A stretch of DNA of 64,000 nt, from assembly GCF_009914755.1 (NCBI RefSeq), contig NC_060939.1; one strand, written 5' to 3'. This DNA is from the human T2T-CHM13v2.0 reference genome, Homo sapiens. A program made the translations under genes and the position numbers. The notes below the pieces were generated by a model. That model made no database searches, had not been told where the DNA came from, and saw only the letters and a list, made by a program, of their open reading frames with translations. The stretch's first letter is position 1. Every line of letters starts with the position of its first letter. Of the stretch, positions 10,337 through 25,214 are shown one piece after another.

Positions 10337-13300
10337 GAAAAGAAAGCAGGAGTGGCTATATAAATATTAGATGAAGAACACTTCAGAACAAAGAAAATTA
10401 CCAGAGACAGAGAGAAGCATTACCTAATGACAAAAGAATCAATCAACCAAGAAGATTTAACAATCAGAAACATGTATGTACCTAACAACAGAGCTACAAA
10501 AAACATGAAGCAAAAACTCATAGAACTGAATGGAGAAATAGACTAATCCATAATTATAGTTGGGGCTTGAATATTACTTTCTCAACAATTTATAGAACAA
10601 CTAGACAGAAACTTAGCAAGGATAAAAAGAACAACAATATCAACCAACAGGAGCTCATTGACATTTATGAAGCATGTGATTCCACAGTAGCAGAACACAC
10701 ATTCTTTATAATAGCCTATGAAACATATATCAAGATAGACTATATCCTGGGCCATAAAATAAATCTTAACAAAAAAGTTTAAAAAAATGGAATTCATGTA
10801 GAGTGTGTGCTTTGACCAGAGCAAAATCAAACTAGTAATCAATAACAGAAAGATACAGAAAAACCTCCAAATGTTTGAAAATATAACACACACACACTTC
10901 TAAATAATCCATGAATCAAAGAGGGAGTCCCAAGGAAAATAAAAAATATATTGAAGTAAATTAAAATGAAAATATGTCAAAATTTGTGGGATATAGCTAA
11001 AGCATATGGAAAGAATATATAATTAAACCCAAAGCAAGTGGAAGAAAGGGAATAACTAAGGTAAGAGCATAAACCAGTGGCATTAAAAACAGGAAAACAA
11101 AAAAGAAAATTCTATGAAATGTAAAGATCAATAAGATTGACAAATTTCTAGCAAGACTGACAAAGAAAAAAGAGAGAAGACAAACTAACATTATCAAGAA
11201 CAAAACAGAAAATATCACTACAGACCCTACAGTTATCAAAAGGGTAATAAAGGAATACCATGAAGAGCTCTATAGACATAAATTAGACAACTTGAGTGAA
11301 ATGGACCAATTTCTTGAAAAGCATAAATTACTACAACTCACCTGCTGTGAAATAGATAATTTTAATAGCCCTGTATCTACAAAGAAAAACAAACTTATAA
11401 TTTAAAAATTCTCCAAAAAGAAATCTCCAGGCCTAGATGATTTCAATACTAAATTGTATTTAAAGAAGAATTAACATCAATTCTAGACAATCTCTTCCAG
11501 GAAATAGAAAAGGAGGCAATAGCTCCCAATTCATTTTATAAAGCTAGTCTTATTCTGACCCTGAAAGCAGACAAAGATAGTTGTAAAAACGAAAACTACA
11601 GACCAATATCACGTATGAGTATAGATGCAAAAATTCTTAACAAAAAATGAGCACACAGAGTTCAGCAATATAGAAAAAGAATTAATTATGCATCAAAACT
11701 GGACAGGATTTATTCCAGCTATGCAACAATGGTTTGTCATTTAAATATCAATCAATATAATCTACCATATCATCAGGCTAAAGAATAATAATTACATGAT
11801 AGTATAAATGGACTCAGAAAAAAAATTTGACAAAATACAACACCAATTTATGATAAAAACTCTCAGCAAATTTAGAATAAATGGAAACTTCCTCAGCTTG
11901 ATGAAAAGCATCTACAGAAAACCTGCAGCTAACATTATATTTAATCACAAAAGACTGAATGATTTTCCTTTAAAACGGGGGACAAAGCAAGGATGTCCAC
12001 TATCATCAGTCTTATTTAGCATAGTATTGGAAGTTCTAGCCACTGCAATAAGACAAGAAAAGGAAATAAAAGGCATACATATTGGAGAGGAAAAAAACAA
12101 GTGTTCCTATTTGCAAATGACATCACTTTCTACATAGAAAACCCCAAGGAATCTATGCAAAACAAAAAACTTACTAGAACTAAAAAGTGCATTCAACAAG
12201 GTTGCAGGACACGGTTGCAGGATCTAAGATAACTATACAAAAATCAATTGTACACCTACATACTAACAATGATTGGGAGACTTAGCATACAATTTATAAT
12301 TGTTTTTTAAAAAGCAAAATACATGCAAATTTAACAAGACATAAGAACCATATGCTAAAAATTACAAAACTGTTGAAAGAAATCAAAGATCTAACAAATG
12401 AAGAGATGGACTCTGTAGATTGGAAGACTCAACATAGCAGAGATATCAATTATCTCCAATTTTATATACAAGTTTAACACAATTTCTATCAAAACTCCAC
12501 CAAGAGTCTTTTGAAGATGTTGACAAAATTATCCTAAAATTTATATAAAAACACAAATTACTAAAATAGCTTCAAAAAATTCAAAAAAGAAGAGCAAAGT
12601 GAAATTAGTCCACCAATTTCAAGACATATTATCTAGCTCTAGTAATCAAGGCTGCAGTACTGGCAGAGGGATCGACACACAGATCAATAGAACGGAGAAC
12701 CCAGAAATAGACCCACAGAAAAATGACCAACAGATTTTTGACAAAGGTGCACAATCAATTTGATGGGTTAAGTACAGCTTTTTCAATGAACGGTGCTATA
12801 ACAATTGGACATCTATAGGCAAAAAGTGAACTTCATCCTCAGCCTCACACCTAATTCAAAATGGAACGTGGACTTAAATGTAAAATATAAAACTATAAAT
12901 CTTTTAGAAAAAAATTGGAGGAAATCTTTGGGCTTTATGGTTAAGCCAAGAATTGCTAAACTTGACACCAATGGCACAATCCATAATGAAAAAAACTGAT
13001 AGATAGGACTTCATCAAAGTTTCAAATTTTGTTCTAGAAAAGACCCTGTTAAAGGGATGGAAAGACAAGCCACAGACTATGAGAAAATATTTGCGAAACA
13101 CATACCCGACAAAGGACTGGTATCTAGAATATATAAAGAACTCTCAAAACTTAATAGGAAAAAAAACCAAAAACAAACCCAAAAAAGCCAATTAGAAAAT
13201 GGCATAAACAGACGCTTCACCAAAGATGTCCAGCATCATTAGGCATTAGGGAAAAACAAATTAAAACACAATGAAATATCAATATGTATCCATCAGAATG

Positions 13301-14215
13301 GCTGAAATACAAAACAGGGACAACACCAAATGTTAGTGGAGAAACTGGATCACTCATAGATTGCTGGTGGGAATGTAAAATGGCTCAGCTGCTCTGGGGT
13401 GCAGTTTGGTAGCTTCTTAGGAAACTAACATGCAGCTGCCATATGGCCAAGCATCTGTACTCCCGGACATTTATCCTAGTGAGATGACATTTATACTCCC
13501 GTAAAAACCTGTACACAAATGTTTATAGCAGCTTTATTGGTAATATCCCCAAACTGTAAACAACCCAGATGTCCTTCAAGAGTGAGTGATTAAACAAACT
13601 GTGGTACATCCCTTCTGAGGAATACTACTCAGTAGTAAAAAGGAACAAACTCTGATATGTGCAACAACCTGGATGAATCTGCAGGGAATTATGCTACGTG
13701 ATAAAAACCAATTCTTTAAGGTTACATTCTATATGTTTCCATTTACATAACATTCTTGAAATGACAACATTATAGAAATAGAGAAAGATTAGTGATTGCC
13801 CGGAGTAAAAGACCAGGTGCAGGGAATGGGTAGCGAGGATGTGAGGAACATGGGCGTGGCTAAAAAAGGCAACAGGTGCTCATGCCTGTAATCCCAGTGC
13901 TTTGGGAGGCCAAGGTGGGAGGATCATTTGAGGCCACCTAGGAGTTTGAGACCAGCCTGGGCATAGCAAGACCCTGTCTCTAAAAAAATAAAATAAAATA
14001 AATAATAAAAATGGCAACAGAAAGGATTCTTGTAGGGATGGATCACTGTATCACTGTATCCGGGTTATGATACTGTACTATAGTTTTGAGTGGTGTTACC
14101 ACTGGGGGAAACTGGGTAAAGGGTACATGGTATTTCTCTGTATTATTTCTTACAACTGCATGTGAATCTACAATTATCACAAAATCAAATATGTAACTTA
14201 AGAAAAAACATTTTT
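10337..14215 (+). mobile_element. Old L1M (L1MD-like) ORF2 (EN, RT) remnant and 3' UTR, decayed
   Basis: EN remnants (aaagcaggagtggctata; KIDYILGHK); RT remnant [18 protein letters not shown]...[36 protein letters not shown] (11808-12137); 3' end tcttacaactgcatgtgaatctacaattatc. Confidence 0.9.
13876..14010 (+). mobile_element. FLAM (free left Alu monomer)
   Basis: Single left monomer plus A tail; TSD aaaa(a/t)ggcaacag. Confidence 0.85.
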
Positions 14216-14559
14216 AAGAAAAACACTCTAAATGTCTGTAGTTAGGAGCCCAACAAAATAAACTATGGGTCATTCATACTCTGCAAGACAAGCAAGTGTG
14301 ACAAAGAAGAAGAGAAGCCAACCTGAAGGGCATGGAATCAGAGGTGAGTGAAAATAGCAAGAATAGAAGAGGATATAGATGTCATTCTTTGTCCACAAAA
14401 CAAGACCAATTTTAAGAATGTCTGTAAACTCACGTAGAAAAACATCTGGGCAGGCACACTGAGCGCTTCACGTTGGTTTCTCGGGGTAAGGGAATTGGCT
14501 GGGAGGCACACCTCTACTTTTAACAACGAACTTGTGCTAAACAAACAAACAACAACAAA

Positions 14560-14680
14560 ACCCACTTCATTTTACCGATTAAGCAACCGAGGCTTAGCAG
14601 TGATGAAAACAACGGTCGAGGTCACCGAGTGGGGAAGAGGTTCAGAGCTTGGCTCCAAACCCAGAGCTTCTGACTCAGAT
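14560..14680 (-). mobile_element. MIR
   Basis: cattttaccgattaagcaaccgaggcttag...aggtcacc...aaacccagagcttctgactc (MIR core). Confidence 0.65.
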
Positions 14681-15029
14681 CAGACGGGTGGGAGCAGGAA
14701 ACCAGTTGCGTTGGCCTCCTCCAGGCCTGCTGCCGCTGTGCACTCGAGGGCCTGCAGATGAGGAGCGCTCCAGAGAGGAAGAACCTGGGACAAATAAGAC
14801 CAGAGCGGACGCAGAGGACAGGAAATGGTACCTGCTGGGGTCTTCCCTGCCTCCTGGTGCAGACAGTGCCGGGACCTCAGCAGGGCAGAGGGGCAGACAG
14901 GGCCAGGGAGTCTGGATCTGGGGAGATGCCCAGCTACTTAACAGGCTGTGCAGTGGGCACTGGATGGCCACCTTTCCTGTCTTCCTGGGTTCTCGCTTCC
15001 CAGGCAGGAGGCAGATCGCAGTCAATCAC

Positions 15030-15570
15030 CAGGGTGCAGTGTGATCCTGGAATCACAGCTCAGGGAGCCCCAGCTTGGCTGGAGGCCTGTGGGGAGCCCC
15101 AGAGAAGCCACATTTGACCTCGGCTCTGAACAAGGATGGGTACGACTGCGCTGGGTAGAGTGGGAAGAGGTGGTTTTCTAGGAGAAAGGATTAGCGTGGA
15201 CAAAGGTGTGGGGGCAGAGGGTCGCCTGGGGCTGAAACCAGCAGGCCTGGCCGGAAGCATGGCGCAAAGCCAGGCTGCCAGCGGGGGTCCCGGACTGAGT
15301 GTCCCTTGTTCTGCAGGCTGTTGTGAGCCCTGGAGAGAGTCACAAGACGGGTGTGTTTTTCTGGAAGGGAGTTCTGGCAGCCAAGTGAGGGGAAGGGGAA
15401 AAGGTGGAGAAAAGTGGGAGGGCTGCTGCCCCCCAGCTCAGGCACCGCGTGATAAGGCAGCAGCCTGGGAATCGTGCGGCAGGAATGGATTGGAGAAATA
15501 GCTTGGTAAATGGATTTGCAATGTATCTGAGAAATATTTTGTAGGCAGAATGAGCAGGACTTGGTGTGGG
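15030..15570 (-). mobile_element. L2 fragment, degenerate
   Basis: Purine-rich antisense L2 motifs, e.g. gagaaatattttgtaggcagaatgagcaggacttggtg and catttgacctcggctctgaa. Confidence 0.5.
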
Positions 15571-16061
15571 GCACCTTTGCTAAGCCATGTCCCCCTCTCT
15601 GGTCACAGGGCCTTGATTTTCTCTGGGGACATCTTGGAGGGACTCCCAGCCAAGGAGCCCTGCCCACACCCCAGGCTCCACCATCTTTACTTTCTTCCCT
15701 GGGACTTTGACTCTTGAGAGGAGGAGTACCGTAGACAGCACATGTCTACAAACATGGTAGAGCGGCTGGAATCCCCCCAGCAGCTGCAGAGCCCTGAGCT
15801 GGTGTCTTCAGGCTTCCCTTCCCTGCAGCCCTTGTCTGCAGCTCATAGCCAGAGGGCCTTGGCGCTGGGTGGGCTGTGGTGTTGGAGACAGGGAGGAGTC
15901 CCCTTGGTTCTCTGTCCTCACCATTCTGAGCAGGTATGTTAGAAGTTCTCCTGGGCCTTGTGGGCTTTTTTCTTCATTCTCCCTATGTGGTCTGATTTCC
16001 ACTATAATTGAATCATCTATGAATGCTGACTCACTCATTCAAGGAGCATAATTCAAAAATG

Positions 16062-16232
16062 AGGCTGGGCCTGATGGCTCCTGCCTGCAGTCCCAGTACT
16101 TTGGGAGGCCAAGATGGGAGGATAGCTTGAACCCAGGAGTTTGAGGTTATAGTGAGTTATAATCATGCCACTGCACTCTAGCCTGGGCAACAGAGCAAGA
16201 CCCCACCTCTAGAAAAAAAGCAAAAGCAAAAA
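16062..16232 (+). mobile_element. FRAM / Alu right monomer
   Basis: ggctgggcctgatggctc...gccactgcactctagcctgggcaacagagcaagacc plus A-rich tail. Confidence 0.85.
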
Positions 16233-16547
16233 GAGTTCCCATGGCCCAACTTCCCAGAATCTGTCTCTGATGATGATTTCAAGGAAATGTTCTATGGGTT
16301 CTGCTCTCTGAGGCACTGGGTCAAGATGTCCTGCCTGAATATAAATGCCTGGTCCTACTTAAATGTTTATGACACCCAGTTCCCCCAAGTACCCGAGCAC
16401 TTAGGTGGTGCCTAAGTCTACTTGTGGATGGCACTAATTTCCATTAGGACATTGGTTAAAAGTTGCCCTCTCGAGGAAGAGGCAGGAAGAACAACGTTAT
16501 TGCCCTTGGGGGATTTTGTGTGTTGGCAAGGAGACCTAAGGGCGCTG

Positions 16548-16750
16548 GGGTATGTTGAGCATCTTCTATGTCCCAAGCGCTGAACTGAGGATCACATGTT
16601 CTCACACAGCCCTGAGGGTTAGATGTTACTTACCATCTCCATCTGATAGACCAGAAAATCAGAATGTAGAAAGATCCGATGTTAGCAAGTGGCAGAGGGT
16701 GTGTAGAACTCCAGGTGTGTCTGATATTGAATTCTGCATTTTCCAGCACA
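16548..16750 (-). mobile_element. MIR
   Basis: ttgagcatcttctatgtcccaagcgctg...ctcacacagccctgagggttag. Confidence 0.55.
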
Positions 16751-16989
16751 CCACACTGACCCTCATTGGAAGGAGGGTTCCAGAAGAAAGAAGGTGATCT
16801 CAGCACCCAAAATCCTGCTGCTTGGCAAATTGATAAGGCTGAAGATGACTCCTACCAGAGCCTTTACTAAGCCAGGGTATAATAAAGAGAAAAAGAGAGA
16901 GCCTGAGAGGGTGGAGGTGGGATCCAGGTCTTCTACCTCCTAGGATTCTATCTGGCTATTTGTGGCATCAGGAAACTCTGAGAGCACCA

Positions 16990-18435
<1,446 letters not shown>

Positions 18436-18439
18436 GATC

Positions 18440-18960
18440 TCAGGAGCAGGACAAGTCTCCTTTTGGAGTGCCACCCTGCTCACAATGACTATTCTCTTAG
18501 TGCTGATCCCCTCCACCCACCTACATACAGAGGAGGGCTTCTGGTGTCTGTGTCTATGTATTACAACCCTGTCCCCCTAATCCCAGATGTCTGGATTAAG
18601 CCTGGACACCTAACCCAGACTGGACCAATCAGTGCTCGATTCTATACAGGGAGGAGATGTAAACTCAGAAGCTGTGTTATGACCACCTTCCACCCACCAC
18701 ATGACATGCATAGGGCAACACAGAAGATGGGTTGGTGGAGAGAAGCAGAGGGAGGAACACATGTGGCTTTTGCAAGGGACAGATAGGAAGTAGCTTCCTG
18801 CATTTCTGGCAGCTTCTAGGCCTGGTTCTCACCTCTCTTGTGGTCCAATGGTTCAATTCCATCTTGGTTCCAAAAGAGCGCCTAATTTCCCCCCAGCAAA
18901 TTCCATGAGCTCGTTTGAAGTGGGCTTCTGCAACTTTTGACCTAAAGTGTCCTAACAACC
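18440..18960 (+). mobile_element. Old ERVL-class LTR (LTR16/LTR33-like)
   Basis: ggacacctaacccagactggaccaatcag and terminal gtttgaagtgggcttctgcaacttttgacctaaagtgtcctaac. Confidence 0.5.
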
Positions 18961-19104
18961 CCAAACGACAGGGATGTGTATCTTTTTGAAACAGTAGAAT
19001 TTTACTCCTCAAAGATCCTTCCCAAGGATCCCAGAGAAGCTGGGGAGAGAAAAGGCCAACTCTCTTGTATGCAGTTGAAGTTAAGATCTTCATTCTCACA
19101 TTAA

Positions 19105-19563
19105 GTGTCTATGATGGGTAATTTTGTGTGTCAACTTGCCTGAGATAAGGGATGCCCAGATACTTGGTAGAGCATTATTTCTGGGTGCATCTGTGAGGGT
19201 GTTTCTGGGAGAGAGGAGCATTTGGATCAGTTGACAGAGTGAAGAAGATCCACCCTCCCCAATGTAGAAGGGCATTATCTAATCTATTGAGGATCTGCTT
19301 AGAATAGAAAGGTGAAGGAAGGGTAAATTTTCTGTCTCTTTAACCTGGGACATCTATCTTCTCCTGTCCTTGGATATTGGGGCTCTCGGTTCTTGGGCTT
19401 TTGGATATCAGGACTTAAACCAGTGTCCTCCCTATGCCCTCATTCCCAGGACTTTGGACTTGGACTGAATTCCACCACCAGCTTTCCTGGGTCTTCAGCT
19501 TGCAGATGGCAGATTGTGGAACTTCTTGTCCTTCATAATCTTGTGAGTCAATTTCCATAATAA

Positions 19564-19611
<48 letters not shown>

Positions 19612-19813
19612 GTCTGTCTGTCTAGCTAGCTAGCTATGTAGCTATTTTTCTGTCTATCCACCTGCTATCTATCTATCATCTATCTATCTATCATCTATCT
19701 ATCTATCTATCATCTATCTATCATCTATCTATCATCTATCTATCTATCTATCATCTATCTATCTACCATCTCTCTATCTCCTATTCGATCTGTTTCTTTG
19801 GAGAGCTCTAATA
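19105..19813 (+). mobile_element. MLT2 (ERVL) solo LTR
   Basis: taattttgtgtgtcaacttgcctgagataagggatgcccagatac...; end ctcctattcgatctgtttctttggagagc. Confidence 0.85.
19565..19780. repeat. Compound tetranucleotide STR (TCTA)n(TCTG)n(TAGC)n...(TCTA/TCA)n
   Basis: Directly visible inside the MLT2 LTR. Confidence 0.97.
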
Positions 19814-19815
19814 AG

Positions 19816-20163
19816 GTATCTCAGTCAGTTAGAGATGCTATAGCAAGATACTGCAGTCTGGGTGGCTTAAATGACAAACATGTATTTCTCCCAGTTCTGG
19901 AGGCACCAGCAGATCCAGGATCTGATGAGGTCCAGCTTCCTGGTTTATAGATAGCTGCCTTCTCACTGTATCCTCACAGGTGAAGAGAGACTTCTAGTGT
20001 CTTTCTCTTCTAAGGACACTACTCTCATCATGGGAGCACCACCCTCAAGACCTTGCCTAAACCTGATCACCTCCCAAAAGGCCCACCTCCTAATACCATC
20101 CCACTGGGGGTTAAGGTTTCAACGTATGAGTTTCAGAGGAACACAGACATACAGGCCATAACA
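19816..20163 (-). mobile_element. MLT1A-type MaLR LTR
   Basis: gctatagcaagatactgcagtctgggtggcttaaatgacaaacatgtatttctcccagttctggagg...gaacacagacatacaggccataaca. Confidence 0.8.
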
Positions 20164-20894
20164 CTAGGTGGAATGAAAGGGTTAAATTCCAAAGGCATTT
20201 ATCATAATAATTAAGCCCTATCAAAATTAAGCAGACATCGCTCTCCCTGTGATAACTGAAACTTTCGGTGTCAACACCAAGGACGGGGCTTCTGGGTGTA
20301 ATTCATCTGTGGAGACTGTTCTGTATTAACCTACTAATCTGTGTATGGCTAATGACTCAGGACGGCATGTTGACCTTGACTTCACTTCAAGGTTTTCAAC
20401 ACGCCTGCCCTCCCAGATAAAGGGCAGGGATTGCAGATGTGTGGCTTGTCATAACACTTATTTCCCTCCACAACCTGGCTCAGGTGTTTAAAGTATTCCA
20501 TATAATCCTTTGCCCAGTATTTTACAACTTTTCCCTGGATCTTTTCCATACGTCAGGGAACCCACCAACTCTGATGCTGGCTCTGGCAAGCCCTCCGCTG
20601 TGGCGGCAACACATCTCACTTTCTTTTTGCGGTCACCCCCCTGCAAAGGCCCAACCACTTCCAAGCACCCTGTGCCCCGCATGGGGACAGGCAAATCAGC
20701 TTTTGCCTGGGGGGACCCTTCCAAGGCCTGGACTCCCTGCTGTTGTCAGACCCCTGCCTGGCACTGAGAAAGACCCGGGGAAGCCAACAGTGGCAAGAAG
20801 TTGGGGTAGGGGCTGTTTGGAGACACCCACCCCCCTTTTCTAGAGCACTGATCAAGCCGGCTGCAGCAAGGAGCAGGAAACTTGACTCTTCCCC

Positions 20895-21230
20895 TTTCTT
20901 TTTCTTTTTTTTTCTTTCTTTCTTTTTTTTTTTTTTTTTTTTTTGAGACAGAGTCTCTCTCTGTCACCCAGGCTGGAGTGCAGTGGCGTGATCTCAGCTC
21001 ACTGCAACCTCCGCCTCCCAGGTTCAAGAAATTCTCTGCCTCAGCCTTCTGAGCAGCTGGGATTACAGGCACCCACCACCACACCCAGCTAATTTTTGTG
21101 TTTTTCATAGCGACGGGGTTTCACCCTCTTGGCCAGGCTGGTCTTGAACTCCTGACCTCGTGATCCACCGGCCTCGGCCTCCCAAAGTGCTGGGATTACA
21201 GGTGTGATCACCAGGCCACCGCGCCCGGCC
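20895..21230 (-). mobile_element. AluS (Sc/Sg-type)
   Basis: Antisense dimer with cctgacctcgtgatcc; TSD actcttc(c/t)cctttct. Confidence 0.96.
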
Positions 21231-22524
21231 AACTCTTCTCCTTTCTGATAAGTCCTGGGGTGGCCTTGGGGCAGATGGTCCCCAGCGGCTGCGCGCACCA
21301 GGTTTGCAGATCGAGGCACCAGCACTGTGCATGCTGTGACCAGAGGCCTGAGGACCACCCTGCATTCGGTGTGTGTAACCTCTAAGCAAAGACTTTACCT
21401 TTCATTGGGAGCCCCATGCAAATCACAAGCCTCCAGAGGCACTTATTAAGTGCCCATTTCTTCTTTATCTACTTAGATGCTAGACCAAAGAGCTACATTC
21501 TAAAATTTCACTGACTGATTTATATCCTGCTTGTTCCCAAAAAGGACGACAATAAAACCACAGGTACAGTATGGCCAGGAACATTTAACCAAGACAAAGG
21601 AGGGGAACAAAGGCAGAGAATTATGCCTAGCCTCAGCCTTTCAGGAAAGTAAAATCCAAGATTTCATTCTCCAGGTGTCTTTAAACTTCCCCAAGATGTA
21701 AGGGCGACTTCCTTTTCTTTTTGTAAATCTCCTCCAGCCGCATTGGAAAGGCAGCCCGCGCTTTGTGATAAGCGTGGGAGGCCTGTTCCCACTAAGAGGA
21801 ATTATTCTGTTGCAGGATGGACTGCTGCGGCCATGCAGGCTGAGGCTGGCTTCTTTTGCCCAGTCACTTGACAGCCTTCAGCCCAGCAGCCCTACCCTCT
21901 TGGCCGCAGCCACAGAAAGCCTGGGCAGGATTGTGTTTCTCAGCTGACTCTGCACACTGGTGACAGATTGTCCAAGCTGTGCCCTGGCCCGGGTTTGCAG
22001 AGCTTCCCCATTTCCCTGTGGATACAAAGGTGAGTGACCAGAGTGAGCCCCCATCGCAGGCCATCGTGCCTGGCACCCTGGGACGCCCAGATGAGTGAGG
22101 AACGCTGTGCCCTTGGAGGAGGCAGACACAGCCCCAAATAGTGTCAGGAAGTGAAAGGGGAAGGGAAGGGGGTGAAAAGTGCTGAGTGTGGGCTTTTCGG
22201 GGAGCTCCTCTGGTCAGCAGGGTTCCTCCAGGAGCCCAGGGCACAGGGACACCCAGTGGATGGGGCCACTGGGCCAGCATTGCCTACGCAGGAGAAAGGC
22301 AGGAGGGGGCCTTGTTTAAGCTCTGTCCCCTTCTATGGCTCTCTCTCAACCTTAAAAACAGGAGACACAAAACCTTCCCTTTGTTTCTACCATTGGAGCA
22401 TAACGAAATCTGTGATGAGAGCTGGGGCTCAAGCCATTCCGCGGCTGTGACCTCTTGTTTCATGGCCGTTGCCCGAAGGCGCAGAACGTGGGGCTTGAAA
22501 TTTTGTTCTGCTGTCTGCTTCTCG

Positions 22525-22620
22525 GCTTAGTTTCTTTGGACTTCTCTGAGTCTTGTTTCTCCCTGCTTAGAAAAAGGTGATAAACGATAGCCACTATCTA
22601 GGATATGGAAATTCAATAAA
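22525..22620 (+). mobile_element. MIR
   Basis: acttctctgagtcttgtttctccctgcttagaaaaaggtgataa. Confidence 0.55.
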
Positions 22621-23384
22621 CCTATGAATATACCGATAAAAGAATCACATATACGTACAGTATACGCATACACTACATTGACATATGCATGTGTGACTAT
22701 ACACACCACACCTTCTGCACGCCCCCCCCGCAGAGCCTGGAGTGCCCCTGGCCGTGGCTCCCTGGCCCGAGTGTGACTCAGATCCTTAGGGCAAGGACAG
22801 CTGCCCCTGTCCCCGGTGGGCCTGCCTCTCTCACCCCCACACTCTGACCCACTCCAGGCTGACAGCAGCTGGGGCCCCCTGGGATGGGCCAGAGCTCCGG
22901 CAGCTGCTCCTGGATGGGAACTTGGAGGCCTGACCATGGACGGAGTGCTCCCTGTGCGGGCCCCGGACCTGGAACGCCCACTTGTGAAACCCCAGCCTGC
23001 TGACCTTCGGGTCATGGCGCGAAGTGAAGCCTGCCTGTGACTTGGAGGCAGGAGGGCGACTGGAGTGGCGGGAAATGATGGCAGCCATCTGGCTGTGCTA
23101 TTTACCCTGGCTGCGAAGCCACCCTCCTCCAGCTCTTCTTTTCCCTCCCCTTCAGCATCCTCGCCCCAAGCATACTGCCACGCCCACTGACAGCGATCAA
23201 ATAATAACAGCAGCAGCGACATGTCCTGAGCTCCCACTGTGTGGGGTGTGCATTCTCCCCTTTCTTGTCACTCTCCCTGGGTCCCTCCTGCCTCCCTGGC
23301 TGCACCTCTTCAGTCTTCTGTGCTGGACCCCTCGTCTGCCCAGCCCTGGCCTAGCTCACTGACGGCCGTGTGGTTCTGGCCTGA

Positions 23385-23620
23385 ACCAAACTCTGTCCTC
23401 TGCTTGGTTTTCACCCACCACTGGACGTGCTCTAGAGGCACAGGGCTGTGTTGACTGTGTAATGTCTAGAACCTAAGCGCCAATGGGGTGGCCTAGCCCT
23501 GGCACAGACGCGATACCCAGGAAATGAATGAGTGCATGAAGAAACAGAGGCTCAGAGAGGGCGAGTCACTTGTCCAAAGCCACAGAGCCGGAGAGTGGTG
23601 GAAGGAGGGTTCAGACCCCC
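23385..23620. mobile_element. L2 3' end (+) followed by MIR (-)
   Basis: gccctggcacagacgcgatacccaggaaatgaatgagtgcatgaa then gaaacagaggctcagagagggcgagtcacttgtccaaagccacag. Confidence 0.6.
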
Positions 23621-25214
23621 TGTCCGGAGGTCCCCTTCCCTTGCCCCACCACCTCCACAAGGAGTGCCTCACCTCTACTGTCAATCACTCTCTACTTCCC
23701 CTCCCTCCCCACCCCAGATAGCATTACCTAGGGGCACCGAGGGGGTTCGCGGGCCCCACTGGCCCAACCTGTGGTCTTTCTTAAGCTGAAAAACCTGCTG
23801 AAGGAGAAAATGACCACGTTACCTATAAGCAGGAGCATCTGGGTAGGAGCCCGGGGAACATCTTCCTTCTGGCTCCTTCCAAAACCCCAGAACCCAGTGC
23901 ACGGGCAGCCTTTTGAAGACAGGCGAGCTGGCTCTACCTGTCTTTCTGATTTGAAATCTAGGTCACTCACTGCCTCCCCTCCTCCTTTAGAAGATCAGCA
24001 GGATATCTTCTAGGGTCTCAGAGTGAGAGAGGGGACGACAGGGAAAAGCGTTTCAATGGAACCCACACCCTGCCTGCGGCTGTCAGGAACACTTCATTTT
24101 GGAAGCCAGTATAATTTATGAGATGCAAATGGATTTAGCACTAAAAAAGAAAAAAAAAAATCTTGGAAAAGGTACAAAGTGCACCTCACACCCTGTGTCG
24201 AGGCGTGTTTGGGGCTCTGTTAATCATCTCAGACAAAAGAGATTTAATCTCAGGCTAGCTGATCCTGAGAGTGCCAGCATCTCTCCCCAAGCCCAGGAGG
24301 CTTGCCCGGGAAGATGCAGGCCTGGCCTCTGTGCAGGCTCCGGGGCTCCGGTGCACGGCACTTGTGTTCAGCTCTTGTCTGAGTCACGCAGTAGATGAAA
24401 TTACGGAGGTTCCTGCACATGATGAATCAGAAAGCAGGATCAAGCCAAATATTTGGACAAGCCTTGCCTCGCATAGAGCAGGATGAAGACTTCACAGCCA
24501 GCAAGCAGCCTGCCAGCAGCAAGCCCAGAGACTGTTTCTGACGAAGTGCTGCCGTGGGGTAAGCTGCAGCTCAGGAGGGAATTAGCTCAGACCCATGAAG
24601 CCATCGTGCAGTTGGATCTCTTGGCCAGCGCTGGGCAAAGGGGTGTGTGAGCATCCCAGGGCCCTGAGCCGTGATTCAGTCTTGGGCTCAGAAGAGGGGT
24701 CTTGTCACGGTGCAGCGTGCAGGGTGGGGGACGTGGGTTGGGGGAGGAGATGGTTCACTTTGAGTCACCCTCTCAGCCTTCTCTTTCTGGGAGTCTTCAG
24801 ACAGCAGGCAGCGTTTCCTGCAGCAGCGGGGAGACCGCGCGGCCCTCCCCACGCTCCCGCCTGGGCCCTGGTGGGGGATGCAGGCAGACACGGCGACCAC
24901 AAAATGGGGAAGGAAGTGAAGCCATGAGTGCCTTGGCAAGGCTTTAAATACTTTGAGGGCTCTCACCAGAGGCCTAATTGCTACCCTTTGGAGCTCCAGA
25001 GTTAGTTTTTCAAGGTTGTTTGGAACAATAAAACCCGTAATAACAATGCTACCTTAGATTTGTCTGGAACCTTTTTATTTTGTAAATTAACTTTTGAAAG
25101 AACTCAACATTCTTGGGTTTATTTTAAGCTACTTTTCTCCTTCGCAAGGATGCTTCCAGGCACTAAAATAGTCTGCATTGGAGAGAACAAACAAATCCCT
25201 ACAAGTAAACAGTT

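Noticed and set aside
11808-12137. RT-like ORF as a functional gene or active L1
   Set aside because: It is a short open stretch of a heavily mutated L1M ORF2 with stops and frameshifts on both sides.
22527-23237. 236-aa minus-strand ORF
   Set aside because: Runs through GC-rich DNA, a TA/CA low-complexity stretch and a MIR; no recognisable homology.
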